IMG/VR virus record: IMGVR_UViG_2791355306_000002
Span: 2,603-66,602 of that record
Reading direction: 5' to 3' (one strand)
Origin: a virus
Taxonomy: Duplodnaviria > Caudoviricetes
DNA length: 64,000 nucleotides
The notes beneath the pieces were generated by a model. That model had not been told where the DNA came from. It did no database searches and worked only from the letters and a program-made list of their open reading frames with translations. A program made the position numbers and the translations under genes. Shown here piece after piece: positions 1 to 11,077 of this stretch. Position 1 is the first letter of the stretch. Every line of letters begins with the position of its first letter.

Positions 1-3000
1 GCTCCTTTAAGTATCTTATCATTATAGATATCAGATAACTTAGAACCTCTACCAGTATGTCCTAAGTAACTTACTGCTTGTTGGTTAAACGAAGCAGTAG
101 AAGGTATGAAATCATTTATGTATATAGCTCTTTCTTCACTATTATCATCTGAACTTTTTCTTAATGGTTCTTTAGATACTCTTCTAAATCCTTGAGATTT
201 TAAAAGACTCTCCTCTGATACTGGAGCTATCTTTATATCTATATAATCTTCTACTACATCATATCTATACCCTTTCATCATCAATGCTGGATTACCACCA
301 AAGTTTTTCTCTAAAGACTCTGCTTTATTAGTTCTATGGTAATTCATCATAGCTTCCATACCTTTTGGTTCAGTACGAAGTTTATCTACTATTAGATCTT
401 TAACATCTGATTCTAAATACTCTAAAGCTGCTAAAGTAACATACTTATCAATAGCTGATACTACCTTTTTATTAGGTTTAAGATTTGCTCCAGTGCCTAC
501 TGCCATAGCTATCATAGTAGGATTTTTTACACCTATAGCTCCTTCTACCTCATTTCTATAAGATTGGTAATTCATAAAGTAAGCTAAAGAGTTTGATTGA
601 TTAGTTATATATCTCTTATAATCATCTTTAGAGTACTTACCTACTCTATTTTTAAAGTTATTATCTACTTCTTTTAGCATATCAGAGTAAGCTTTCTTTT
701 TATAACTCTCAATGTTATTTAATATATCAGGTAACTCATCTATAGAGTAATGGTCTAATAAACTAGATAGATCAGTATCTAACATACCTTCACCTAGAAC
801 TTGATTTTCAGCTAGAGTAAGTGGAGTATTGAAATACTCTTCTAAAGCTTCAGTATTATTTTTTATCTCACTAACTCTATTAGCATCAAGTAGATTTCTT
901 TGTCTAGATAAATATTCTGCTTTTCTTTTTACATCACTCATTTGTGATAATTCAGATACTACATATTGTGTAACACCATTGTAGTGAAAACCAAAATCAT
1001 GAGCTACTGATAGAGCAGCTTGAGCAGTTTTATCTCCAACAACATCACTAGCTAATATAGCTACTAATCCTCTTATCTCCTCCCATCTAGAGTTATACTT
1101 TCTTCTTCTAGATTTAGGAACACTTACTAACTTAACTCCCTTAGATTTGACATAATCTTTTAACTTATTCAGTTTCTCAGAAGTTACCTCATCAACTTTA
1201 TCTAAACCTGATGATAGACTATTAGCAACTGTGGTTAATGTATCAGCAGCTTCTAAAGTATTATAAGCCATCTCTTTATCAATCTTATACTCAGCTTTAG
1301 AGTTAGCAGTAGCTATCTTAGTAGCTAGAGCTATCATAGCTTTTTGCATATTATCATTATCTTGATATTTTCTATATATACTATTAAAGAATGTATTAAA
1401 CATCTTCATAGCTTTAGCTACAACTCTTTCTCCAAAGGTCATACCATCATAGTTAGGATCACTTTTGACTTCAATATCTTTTAAACTATTCCATACAGCT
1501 TCATTACTTAAAGCTATAGCTATAAACTCAGACAATCCTTCTATAGTATTATTCTCAAAGTGCCATATTATTCTATTAGCTACTTCTAAATCTTTAGATG
1601 GTATTCCTGAGTTTATATGTTTAGCTAACTTGCTAGGAGTCATTACAGATAGATATCTTTTGTGTAGCATAGAAAGCTCTCTAGTTAATGGATTACCACC
1701 AGCTTGAGCTTTAATTACATAGTATGTAATAGCGTGTAGTAACTCATGTCCATAAGTCTCTTCTAGACTAGCTGTACCTGTAAAGTTACCTTTACTAAGA
1801 GGGATACCTTCTTTAATCAAAATCTCTCTAAGGTTTGTTAGATACTCTCCTTCATTATGTCCTTTACCTTTAGATTTAAAGTATTTAACTTTAACACCAT
1901 TTACTGCTTCACTAGCTAAAGATGATAATTCAGATAGTACTCCTTTTAGATGGTTACTAAACTCTTTAGACATAGCTCTACCATTAGCTTCATCTATATT
2001 TCTCATCTGTTCTTGAGTAGTAGATACCTTATCAGTAGTTAAATCTATTTGAGATACAAACTCATCCATACTAGTATCACCAACTTTAGTATTATCTACA
2101 TTCTCAAATGATTTAAGAACTTCTTTGTTTATCTTATCAAAGATAGAATCTTCCCCTACAATATCTTTAAATAAGTTTTTTAGATATGTTTCTCTATGGG
2201 TGTTTAAATACTCATCTACATTGAAATCTGTCTCTAATTTATTTTTAAAAGCTTCTGCAAAAGCATCAAATTCGTCTCTAGCCTTCTTGCTAAGGCTTGT
2301 TAAATTTGTTTTCTTCTCAAATCCTGACTTAAGGATATTATTTATCGTATTTATTTTGTTTTTAACATCCTCTACTCTATTTGTTGTATTCTCTTTTGCT
2401 TTGTTTGGATTATTACTCTCTTCCCTTATTCCTTTTTTAGTGTTAGGTTCTAGTAGTTTTTCTAAAGCAGAAGCTAATCTTTTTATTACAGCCATATCTC
2501 CTTGATACTCTGTATTAGGTTCAGGTTCTTTAGTAGATTTTGTATCAGGCTCTTTACTCTCTTTTATTTCGTTATTTTTTGTAGGAGAATTTGAACTAGA
2601 AGAGTTATTTTCTTCTGCTTTTTCTTCTATTTCTTCTTCTTTTACTTCTTCTACTATTTCATTATCTGAAGCTACTCTACCTTCATCGTTATCTAGAAAT
2701 TTATCTCTACCAGTATCCATATCTCTACTAGGTGTTAAGCTAAAAGCTCCTTGACCTAAGTTTTTAACATGTCTAGTAAGATTATTAGCTATCTCTTTAG
2801 CTCCTACATCTTTTAAATTTCCTCTTATATTTTCAATTTTATTATATATAAGTTTTTGTAGTTCTTTAATTTCTGCCTTGAACTTTTCAATAGTGCCGTT
2901 AGGTATATGTTTTGTATTATTAGGGATTCTATTATCATAAATAGAGTTTAACATATCCTCTATAGAAGAAAGCTTATCAGCAATATCAGGCTCAGTAATA

Positions 3001-6000
3001 TCTAGCATTAGATTCTTTAAGATATACTCTTTAGGGTCTTGTCCTTTCTTAATATTATCTTTTACTAATTCTAATAAATCTTTTCCTCTTTCAGGATTAA
3101 TCTTAGCTTTATCACTTTCGTGTCCATTTTGCATATTAGAAGCTACTGTTGTTAAATTTTTTACTACAGCTTTATTTACTTCAGATATTGTATATTTCGT
3201 ATGCATTATAGCAGCTAAGCCTTTAGCATACATTACTAAAATGTCTTTAGGTGATACTGTTTCATCAGATTCATTAGATTTTTTATAATCTTTTATACCT
3301 TTATTTATACCGTTAGTGATTTTATCAGATAGTACAGTATTAAAGATACCTTTATCTATTTCACTCATATCTCTAGCAGCTTTAGCAGCTAAAGCAACTT
3401 GTTCATATAGTTGTGATGATGATAAAGCTTCATTAACTTGACTTCTATTATACAGAGATATTATTGATGCTTTAGAAGATCCATCACTAGAGTGTCTTAG
3501 TATAGCATCAAAGATATCGTTTATATCTAATTGACCACCATTTCTATCAGCACTTTCTCCCATAACTTCTGCCATATCAGTACCATCTTTTTGCTGAGTC
3601 ATTATAGCTGTAGGGGTAGCTCCTACACTACTAAATACAATACTAGTGGCATCGTGTTTTATAGAAAAAGGAGGTGTAAGTTGTTTATACACACGCTTTC
3701 CATTCTTCACTTCACCTGTATCTACACTGACTTCAGGATAGTATATATCTAAACCATCAGTAGAAACACTCACTTCATCCATATTTGCCATAGATATTCT
3801 ACCTACATGTCTAGCTTCTTTATTCTCCCCAAATCTCTCTTTAGAATCTACAGTAATAGATGGGAAATCTTTTCTAAGAGTTTCAAGTATCTCTTTATGT
3901 TCTTTTATAGTAAGTAGATATGTAGGGATAGGAGTATCCTCTGTAACTTCATCTACACCTTTTCCTCTTTCCTTTAATTTCTCATTAGCTAACATATCAT
4001 ACTTTTGAGTTAAGATTATTTGGAATAAGTTATGGACACTATTAATAGTGTTATTTACAGATTCATACCCAGGTAAAATAGTATCTCTACTCTCTTTTAC
4101 ACCTTGTCTAGTTACTACTTCCATATGAGAGTTTATAAAATCGTATAAAGACATAGTCTTACCATCGATAGTAACTTTTGCTACTCCAATACCATCAGCA
4201 TTATTTAGTACAAAGGTTTTAAGATTATCAAGATTATCGTTCTTGAGTTTTTGCTCTACTCCATTATAATCCCTATATGTAATAGTAAAGTCTGTAGAAT
4301 GAGATATAACAGTTAAAGAAGTAAAAATACTTTTTACTACACCCCATTCAGGACTATATTTGAATCCTTCATTTTCAACTCTTCTTAGTACCCAATCACC
4401 AAAATTATCAACTACAAATGTAGTAAGACTTCTAATATTAGATGTAAGCCCAGAACCATAACTAGATGGAATAACTATATATTTATTTAGTTTTCTAGCA
4501 TCTTTAGATACACTTGATACTATATTAGAATCCTCATCTACAAATGTTAAATCATTTATATTAGACATTGCTAAGCTGAAAATTTTTACACTATCTTTTA
4601 AAGCTTTGGTTTTCTGTCTATACTCAGCCCTAGTTTCTGTATCTAAGTTAGAACTATTAGGATTAATTCGAAATTTATTTATCATATTCATAAAAAGATC
4701 TTGAACATCTAATATCTCTTTCTTCCCTTCTAGATATGCTTTATCTTCAGGTTTAAGCTTAGTTCCTCCTTCCATTAAACCTCTTAGTTTTAACCCTTTT
4801 TCATCAATATTGTGCCCTAAAAGTTCAGTAGTAGATTTAAAAGCTTTACTAGTTACAATAGCGAATTCTTCATATGTATCCCAAGCTTTATCAGGATTAG
4901 CTTTCTTATCATCAGTAGTGGCTTTAGCACTAAACTTCTCAGGCATTACCTTCTCTTTTAATTCCCCAAAGAAAGATATCCCAGTAGAAAGTAGTGTCTT
5001 AATTGTCTTAGGAGATACAAAGAATGTTAAACCTTTAAGAGCTATACCATTATTAATACCATCAACTTCTTCAACTATGTTATGTCTAAATTCAGTTAGA
5101 TTAGGATTTTTTCCTTTCTCTGCAAGAAATTTCTCTATATTAAATAAAGCATTTAAAGCATGACCTATTTCTTCAATCTCTAACTTAGTACCATCCCCTA
5201 GCTCTATATGTCCTTTATTACTTAAAGCTTTAATTACTTTATCTTTTAATCCCTCAGTATTTACAATAGCTTTACCTACATTTACAGCTCCAGTTTCTTT
5301 ATCTGTCTTATAACCAAAAGCTTGAGCTATAGCTATATAAGTAGAATTACTTAGGTTACCATCATCATTTAATTTCTCTGTTTTAGTTTGTGTCTTTAGA
5401 GTAACTAAGAATCTATGTAGTTTATTACTTTGTGGATTTACTGTAGCACTTTGTAACCATAATCTTCCAGAGCTAAATGTTTTATTAAAGTATATACCCT
5501 TTGTAGCTGCAGATCCATCATTTAGTAAATCTTTTAAATGATTTATACTATTTTCTACTTGAAGATTTTTACCTAATATACTATCTATATCAGAATATTT
5601 TATTCCAGTTTCACCATACAGTATTGTAGGAGTTACACCTTCTTTTAATTTTCTATCATCATCTACATAGTTAGACAAATCTATATATCCTAAAAATTCT
5701 TTTAACTCTTTTTCATTACCTTCTATAAACTCTTTTACATCTTTATGATTCTCTACTACAAATGGAGTGTTTAAGAAAGCATTTATAGCTTTATACATCT
5801 TCTTAGTTAAAGCAAATACACCTTGTTTAGTCTTTACAAATTCCCTCACATTAAAAGGTTCTGTAGAGTATGTACTCTCATAATCACTTTTATCTAATTT
5901 AAAATCTTCTTCTAACTCTCTTATAAATGAGATAGCTGTAGATAAATTTCCTAAACCTTCTTTAGTATATACATTATTTAGATTTAAGATTACTCTTTTA

Positions 6001-9000
6001 TGACTAGTGTTTTCATCTTTCCAATTATTATAGAGATTACTGTACTTTACATCTTTAACTACTACCAATTTTAAATGGTTTAAATTCATTACAGCTGCTA
6101 TACCTAATTCTTGATATATTCTATTAGCATCTGATAAAGTAGCTTTTGATTCATCTACTTCTAAACCTACATCAGAGAGTATTTTCTTACCTACATCTTT
6201 AGCTAAAGTTGATAAAGGTATTCCTCTAAGTAAGAAATCTAAATCTTTTGAAGGGATTTCTCTCATACTTTTAAGATTAGGAGATACTTCTTTTAAATCT
6301 TTATAATTAGTATAAGAAAATCTATAATCAGTTAATGCTTCTAAAGCTCTAATAGTAGCTGAGAATTTAACATTATCATTTAAAAATAAAGTAGAAGTAT
6401 TGTTTATATTCTTATAATTTATATCCTTAGACATTAAAAAGTTAGTTGTGCTTAAAGCACCAAAGTAAGTTAAGAAAGGATTTATATCTAACTTTTCTTT
6501 AAACCCAAATGTTGAGCTTAAAGCAGTATTAATTCTCTCTTTTATTTCTTTTACTTTAGTATCGTTTTTAGTATCGTTTAGATCTCCTAATAAAGATTTA
6601 GGATTATCTTTAGGTTTAAGGATTTCATTTAAATTTAAAAGTCTGCTACTTAGTTCATTTTGTTCGTTACTTTTGTTTATTTTATTTTTTAGCCCATTTA
6701 TTGCTAAGCTTATTACTCCTTTGGCTTTATTTACAATACGATCTATAATCGATTTATCGTTATTTTCTTGTGTATCAATATCTGAATTTTCAAATGTACT
6801 ATCCATCTCTACACCAGCAGTAAGACCATAGAAATCTTTTACATTATTTATATTGTTTGTATTTTTAGAAGTACTACTGGTATGTACATTAACATCAGTA
6901 TCAGTATCTTTACTACTGTCCTTAGTTCCATTTCCCACTCTACTATTACTAAAAGTATTAAAATCTTTTCCTTCTTTAACTGTATAACCTCTATTTTTTA
7001 ATTCATTTTGTACCCAACCTTCACCATTTTTATTCCAATCTCTATTAGCATTTGAAGTGGTATCCATAATAATTTGCCCACCAGCCTCAAGTACTTTAAT
7101 AGCAGTATCTAATGCTCTTTGTCTATTCTCTTCAATATTTTTTCTATTACCACCATTAACAGATACAAATGCTTTTGTATTTTTATCTGGGTTTATATTT
7201 TCATTAACTGCTATCCCAGCTTTCTCAGCGTCCTTCATATAAGTATATGTACTTGAATTTACTACTCCGTATCCTATATAAGCATTAGCTTCATTAGCTT
7301 TTAACTGGTCTTTAATGGCATGTTGTGTTTTTTGTGTTAAAGTAAATCTACGATTTTGATTACCTTGACTATTTTCTTTTCCACCACTAGATTCTATAGT
7401 AGATTTACCACCTCCTTGCTTAGGTATAATTTGTTTTTCTACATCTTTTTTAGGAGTATCTTGTTTAACTTCTTGTTTAGGTTGTGTAGTAGTTTGAGTA
7501 TCCTTTTTAGCTGTTACTTCTTCATTATTTGTAGTAGTGTTGTTATTAGTAGTACTACCCATTTTACTACTACTTGGATCTATTAGATCTAAAGCAGCTT
7601 TGATAGCTCCACCTTCTCTTTCTACTTCCTTTCGTATATTTTTAAACAAATCTTCTATACTAACCTTATTATTTGGTTTAGTAGAGAATACATGTTCTCC
7701 AGACGCAATAGATGCGAATTCTCTTACAGCGTTCATTAAACTTTTTTTATCATCTATATAATTCTGCTTAGGATTATTTAAAGCTTTAATTAGCTCCTTA
7801 GCTCTTTTAGCAATACTTCCTGAAATACTTTCTGAATCCACTTCTTCTGAAGTAGTGTTTTCTTCTACTGGTGTTAAGGTTTTAAGGTAGCTGATTATTT
7901 TGTCTCTACCTCTATAAACTTTTACTTCCTTAAATACTTTATCTATTTCACCACTTGCATCTATATTTTTTGGTACTGTATATATAGCTTCACCAGCTTT
8001 ATTTTCTTTTAGATCTTTAAGGATATAAGTTAATAATCCATATTTAGCTCTATGGCTATTTAACCACCATTTTAAAGATGCTCTATCATCTCTTATAGTC
8101 TTTCCATTCTTGTCGAATTCTTTCTCTTCGTTTTGTCTTTGAGCTATCCTTTTAAGCATAGGAGCTAAACCTTCTTTTACCTCTCCAGTTGATGCCTTAG
8201 TTCCAGTTAGCATTGTACTAAGAGATGTATTTAATATTTGATTTCTACTCTTTTGAAATTCATCATTTTTATCTATTGGCTCACTTAAAACATCTATAGT
8301 TTTATTTATTTTAGATAATAAATCTTGCACTGTTACAACAGCTGATCCTTTAGAATTGTCCCCATTCTTTTCATCAAATTCTTCAGCTAACTCCTCTATA
8401 CCAGTTAGCTCACTAATAAACTTAGAAGCTTTTTTAAGATTATTCAATTGTTCTTGAGTATATTCTTTAACTGCTGCTTTTTGACCTTGCTTAATAGCAG
8501 CATTAATCATATTTTCATAACTACTCAACTTATCTCCCTCACCTTCGTTTTGGGTAGAAATATCGGAAGTTCCTCTTATAGCTCTAGCAAGTAACTGTTT
8601 TACTTGATCTGGATTAGTTAACATTTGTCTAGCTACATAGTAATCTAAAGCAGAATTATTCTCCATTTTCTTTTTAAACTCTGCTAGAGTACTTATAACT
8701 CCATCAGTATCTATATTAGGATCAGTTTTTATTATAGAGTCTATATGTTCATTTACTGCTTGTTCAGTTCTTTCTATAGATTCATATATTATCTCTTGTG
8801 AAGGTATCTCTCTACCATCTTTTTGTATATTGTTAAGGAAACCACTAGCTCCTAAAGAGAATACTTCATTTAGTAAAGGTATGTTTTTATTTACATTTAA
8901 AGGAGAATTTTCTGAAGTATATTCAGGATTGCTTTCCCAATCATTTAAACTTACTTGAGATAGATTATGGAATATATTATTCCTTAGTTCTGCTTCTTCT

Positions 9001-10427
9001 TTAGGGAGCTTAGCTAATGGATTGTCTGTTTCTCTTGTTTGATGAACATTACCTTTAGAGTCAGTTGTCTCTTTTATTGATGAAGAGAACATATCTTTAA
9101 TATTTAAAGTTTTAGACAATTTTGCAGCGTTTTGTTTAGTAGTCTCAAAGATTTCTCTCTCTTTAGCTTTATTAGCTACATAACTTATAGGAGCTGTAAC
9201 TGCTCTAAGTCCTCCACCAAGAGTAGCTCCACCTATAGCTCCTAGTACTGCTGATTCTTTAAGGTCTTGAAGATTCTCTTCTTTAGATTTATTCCACCAA
9301 TCTTCATTAGCTACCTTTTTAAATGATTCTTGACCTACTTCAGATATAGCTTCCATAGTAGCCATAGAACCTAATGCTACTGCAGGTCTAGCAGCTAATC
9401 CAGCTCCTTTATATAACCATTTACCAGGAGCTAAAGCATAGTTATCTACAAACTCATCTATACTTTGTTTAGCTTTAGTTTTATTAATAGCATCAAATAC
9501 AGACCTAGTAGGAGACTTAACCACACCAGCAGCATGTTTTAACATCATTAGTTCAGGTACAGCAAAGGCTGCTTGACCTGCAGCTCCAATGATATCTAAA
9601 GCATCTGTAGTATTAGCTACTCCTTGAATTTGGTTAGCAGATTTACCTAGCTTTTTACCTTGTTCTTCTTTATTTCCTTCAGCTAGGTAAGTAGCTCCAA
9701 GAGCTGCTAAACCTCTAGCAGTACCTACACCAGGTACAGCCATAAGAGCTGTCTCAGCTACACTAGGAGTAAGATCTAAAGCAAAGCTACCAGTTAAAGC
9801 TAGGTTAGATAGTAATCCTTCATTCTCATATGAGTCCATTAAAGTATCATAATCTATTAAATGTTGTGAGTTTATCTTAGCTCTTTGTTTATCAAGAGGA
9901 GAAGTTATCCAATTAGCAAACTTACTAAACCCATTATGCTCAGCTTGTTCTTTAGCAAATATCTCATCATAACTTTTATCTGTATCAGATAGTAGATATT
10001 TACCAGCAGAATTCATATGGTTAGCTGCATAATCCAGTATAAGCCCTGTACCTTGAGGTATTCCAGCAGCTAACCTAAGTCCCATATCTTTCCACTTAGC
10101 TGAAAGACTATAGTCAGCTATATAAGTAGATTTATCTCTGTTTAAAGGGTTATCTTCTTGAACAGTAGAAGAGAACATATCTGCATACATATTCATTTTT
10201 GCATTATCAAAAAACTCTTTGTTTTGTCTAATATCTTTAACTTGTTTTATATTGTTAAAAAAACTAAAGATATCCTTAGACCCAACTACTTTAGCTAGAG
10301 CTAATCCTTCTTGTATTTCTAGATCCCTATCAATCTCATCAAGAAAAGCAGAAGAGTCAGATAAGTTTTTAGCTTTATTAATAGCTTTTTGAGTGATTGT
10401 CTCAAATTTTTTTGTAACATTGTTCAT
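1..10427 (-). CDS. Virion-encapsidated RNA polymerase (N4 gp50-like), >3470 aa, runs off the window start
   Basis: ATG at 10427 after AAGGA; same frame wherever checked down to position 3. Motifs SSGRLW..NPQSNKLHR (~5420-5475), EEVDGINNG (motif A, ~5046-5072), RKLNKYIVIPSSYGSG (motif B, ~4450-4497), DIFDA (motif C, 3504-3518), HELLH (1734-1748). Confidence 0.92.
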   Translation of the reverse strand, partial: MNNVTKKFETITQKAINKAKNLSDSSAFLDEIDRDLEIQEGLALAKVVGSKDIFSFFNNIKQVKDIRQNKEFFDNAKMNMYADMFSSTVQEDNPLNRDKSTYIADYSLSAKWKDMGLRLAAGIPQGTGLILDYAANHMNSAGKYLLSDTDKSYDEIFAKEQAEHNGFSKFANWITSPLDKQRAKINSQHLIDYDTLMDSYENEGLLSNLALTGSFALDLTPSVAETALMAVPGVGTARGLAALGATYLAEGNKEEQGKKLGKSANQIQGVANTTDALDIIGAAGQAAFAVPELMMLKHAAGVVKSPTRSVFDAINKTKAKQSIDEFVDNYALAPGKWLYKGAGLAARPAVALGSMATMEAISEVGQESFKKVANEDWWNKSKEENLQDLKESAVLGAIGGATLGGGLRAVTAPISYVANKAKEREIFETTKQNAAKLSKTLNIKDMFSSSIKETTDSKGNVHQTRETDNPLAKLPKEEAELRNNIFHNLSQVSLNDWESNPEYTSENSPLNVNKNIPLLNEVFSLGASGFLNNIQKDGREIPSQEIIYESIERTEQAVNEHIDSIIKTDPNIDTDGVISTLAEFKKKMENNSALDYYVARQMLTNPDQVKQLLARAIRGTSDISTQNEGEGDKLSSYENMINAAIKQGQKAAVKEYTQEQLNNLKKASKFISELTGIEELAEEFDEKNGDNSKGSAVVTVQDLLSKINKTIDVLSEPIDKNDEFQKSRNQILNTSLSTMLTGTKASTGEVKEGLAPMLKRIAQRQNEEKEFDKNGKTIRDDRASLKWWLNSHRAKYGLLTYILKDLKENKAGEAIYTVPKNIDASGEIDKVFKEVKVYRGRDKIISYLKTLTPVEENTTSEEVDSESISGSIAKRAKELIKALNNPKQNYIDDKKSLMNAVREFASIASGEHVFSTKPNNKVSIEDLFKNIRKEVEREGGAIKAALDLIDPSSSKMGSTTNNNTTTNNEEVTAKKDTQTTTQPKQEVKQDTPKKDVEKQIIPKQGGGKSTIESSGGKENSQGNQNRRFTLTQKTQHAIKDQLKANEANAYIGYGVVNSSTYTYMKDAEKAGIAVNENINPDKNTKAFVSVNGGNRKNIEENRQRALDTAIKVLEAGGQIIMDTTSNANRDWNKNGEGWVQNELKNRGYTVKEGKDFNTFSNSRVGNGTKDSSKDTDTDVNVHTSSTSKNTNNINNVKDFYGLTAGVEMDSTFENSDIDTQENNDKSIIDRIVNKAKGVISLAINGLKNKINKSNEQNELSSRLLNLNEILKPKDNPKSLLGDLNDTKNDTKVKEIKERINTALSSTFGFKEKLDINPFLTYFGALSTTNFLMSKDINYKNINNTSTLFLNDNVKFSATIRALEALTDYRFSYTNYKDLKEVSPNLKSMREIPSKDLDFLLRGIPLSTLAKDVGKKILSDVGLEVDESKATLSDANRIYQELGIAAVMNLNHLKLVVVKDVKYSNLYNNWKDENTSHKRVILNLNNVYTKEGLGNLSTAISFIRELEEDFKLDKSDYESTYSTEPFNVREFVKTKQGVFALTKKMYKAINAFLNTPFVVENHKDVKEFIEGNEKELKEFLGYIDLSNYVDDDRKLKEGVTPTILYGETGIKYSDIDSILGKNLQVENSINHLKDLLNDGSAATKGIYFNKTFSSGRLWLQSATVNPQSNKLHRFLVTLKTQTKTEKLNDDGNLSNSTYIAIAQAFGYKTDKETGAVNVGKAIVNTEGLKDKVIKALSNKGHIELGDGTKLEIEEIGHALNALFNIEKFLAEKGKNPNLTEFRHNIVEEVDGINNGIALKGLTFFVSPKTIKTLLSTGISFFGELKEKVMPEKFSAKATTDDKKANPDKAWDTYEEFAIVTSKAFKSTTELLGHNIDEKGLKLRGLMEGGTKLKPEDKAYLEGKKEILDVQDLFMNMINKFRINPNSSNLDTETRAEYRQKTKALKDSVKIFSLAMSNINDLTFVDEDSNIVSSVSKDARKLNKYIVIPSSYGSGLTSNIRSLTTFVVDNFGDWVLRRVENEGFKYSPEWGVVKSIFTSLTVISHSTDFTITYRDYNGVEQKLKNDNLDNLKTFVLNNADGIGVAKVTIDGKTMSLYDFINSHMEVVTRQGVKESRDTILPGYESVNNTINSVHNLFQIILTQKYDMLANEKLKERGKGVDEVTEDTPIPTYLLTIKEHKEILETLRKDFPSITVDSKERFGENKEARHVGRISMANMDEVSVSTDGLDIYYPEVSVDTGEVKNGKRVYKQLTPPFSIKHDATSIVFSSVGATPTAIMTQQKDGTDMAEVMGESADRNGGQLDINDIFDAILRHSSDGSSKASIISLYNRSQVNEALSSSQLYEQVALAAKAARDMSEIDKGIFNTVLSDKITNGINKGIKDYKKSNESDETVSPKDILVMYAKGLAAIMHTKYTISEVNKAVVKNLTTVASNMQNGHESDKAKINPERGKDLLELVKDNIKKGQDPKEYILKNLMLDITEPDIADKLSSIEDMLNSIYDNRIPNNTKHIPNGTIEKFKAEIKELQKLIYNKIENIRGNLKDVGAKEIANNLTRHVKNLGQGAFSLTPSRDMDTGRDKFLDNDEGRVASDNEIVEEVKEEEIEEKAEENNSSSSNSPTKNNEIKESKEPDTKSTKEPEPNTEYQGDMAVIKRLASALEKLLEPNTKKGIREESNNPNKAKENTTNRVEDVKNKINTINNILKSGFEKKTNLTSLSKKARDEFDAFAEAFKNKLETDFNVDEYLNTHRETYLKNLFKDIVGEDSIFDKINKEVLKSFENVDNTKVGDTSMDEFVSQIDLTTDKVSTTQEQMRNIDEANGRAMSKEFSNHLKGVLSELSSLASEAVNGVKVKYFKSKGKGHNEGEYLTNLREILIKEGIPLSKGNFTGTASLEETYGHELLHAITYYVIKAQAGGNPLTRELSMLHKRYLSVMTPSKLAKHINSGIPSKDLEVANRIIWHFENNTIEGLSEFIAIALSNEAVWNSLKDIEVKSDPNYDGMTFGERVVAKAMKMFNTFFNSIYRKYQDNDNMQKAMIALATKIATANSKAEYKIDKEMAYNTLEAADTLTTVANSLSSGLDKVDEVTSEKLNKLKDYVKSKGVKLVSVPKSRRRKYNSRWEEIRGLVAILASDVVGDKTAQAALSVAHDFGFHYNGVTQYVVSELSQMSDVKRKAEYLSRQRNLLDANRVSEIKNNTEALEEYFNTPLTLAENQVLGEGMLDTDLSSLLDHYSIDELPDILNNIESYKKKAYSDMLKEVDNNFKNRVGKYSKDDYKRYITNQSNSLAYFMNYQSYRNEVEGAIGVKNPTMIAMAVGTGANLKPNKKVVSAIDKYVTLAALEYLESDVKDLIVDKLRTEPKGMEAMMNYHRTNKAESLEKNFGGNPALMMKGYRYDVVEDYIDIKIAPVSEESLLKSQGFRRVSKEPLRKSSDDNSEERAIYINDFIPSTASFNQQAVSYLGHTGRGSKLSDIYNDKILKG

Positions 10428-10473
10428 ACCATTAAATCCTTTAATTAAAAATAGATATAAATATAACTAAAAT

Positions 10474-10482
10474 ATTATAGCA
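10474..10482 (-). promoter_or_regulatory. Sigma70 extended -10 (TGCTATAAT) upstream of vRNAP
   Basis: Exact TGnTATAAT about 47 nt upstream of the start codon. Confidence 0.65.
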
Positions 10483-10560
10483 TTAATATCACAAAATTTT
10501 TAAGAAAAGAATTTAAATATTTTAGATATTATTCTTTATTTCAAACATTGAAAGGGAAAT

Positions 10561-11073
10561 ATGTTTAGATTTGTAACTATAGATTTACATCATACAGCTT
10601 CAGAAATAATAACTATGTCTTGGATAAACACAGCATATTTTTTTATATTTTTATTAGTTTATTTTCTTGTATCTTTATGGATATCTTTTAGTTTATCTCA
10701 GGGTTCTAATGTATTAAAAAGAAATACTTATCTAGCTATTTCATTAGGTACGACTCCTTTAGGGGCTATTTTATTTTTTATACTGATAAAATTCTTTTAT
10801 TTTTTAAAACAGTATCTTAGAAAAGAACTTGTATTGTTTAAAAAATTTAAAGAAGAAAATAGTTCAAAAACTTTAAACTCAAGGATCTATTTAAAAGAAT
10901 TTTATCTTAGCTTTATATTTCAAATTTCTAAACTATCCAAAGGATTTAAACTATTAAATAACAAGATAGTTATAGCTCTATTCTATGTAAGTTTTATATC
11001 TCAAATAGTTTATATTTTAAATGATATATGGTATGTATTTTATATGCTTTTATGGTGGGGAATCTTATTTTAA
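10561..11073 (+). CDS. Multi-pass membrane protein, moron-like
   Basis: 170 aa, several hydrophobic helices, AAAGGG RBS, opposite strand to flanking structural genes. Confidence 0.7.
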   Translation: MFRFVTIDLHHTASEIITMSWINTAYFFIFLLVYFLVSLWISFSLSQGSNVLKRNTYLAISLGTTPLGAILFFILIKFFYFLKQYLRKELVLFKKFKEENSSKTLNSRIYLKEFYLSFIFQISKLSKGFKLLNNKIVIALFYVSFISQIVYILNDIWYVFYMLLWWGILF

Positions 11074-11077
11074 ATTT

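Noticed and set aside
1465-7761. Plus-strand ORFs of 61-126 aa in the ORF track
   Set aside because: Antisense shadows of the vRNAP gene; no SD or recognisable motifs
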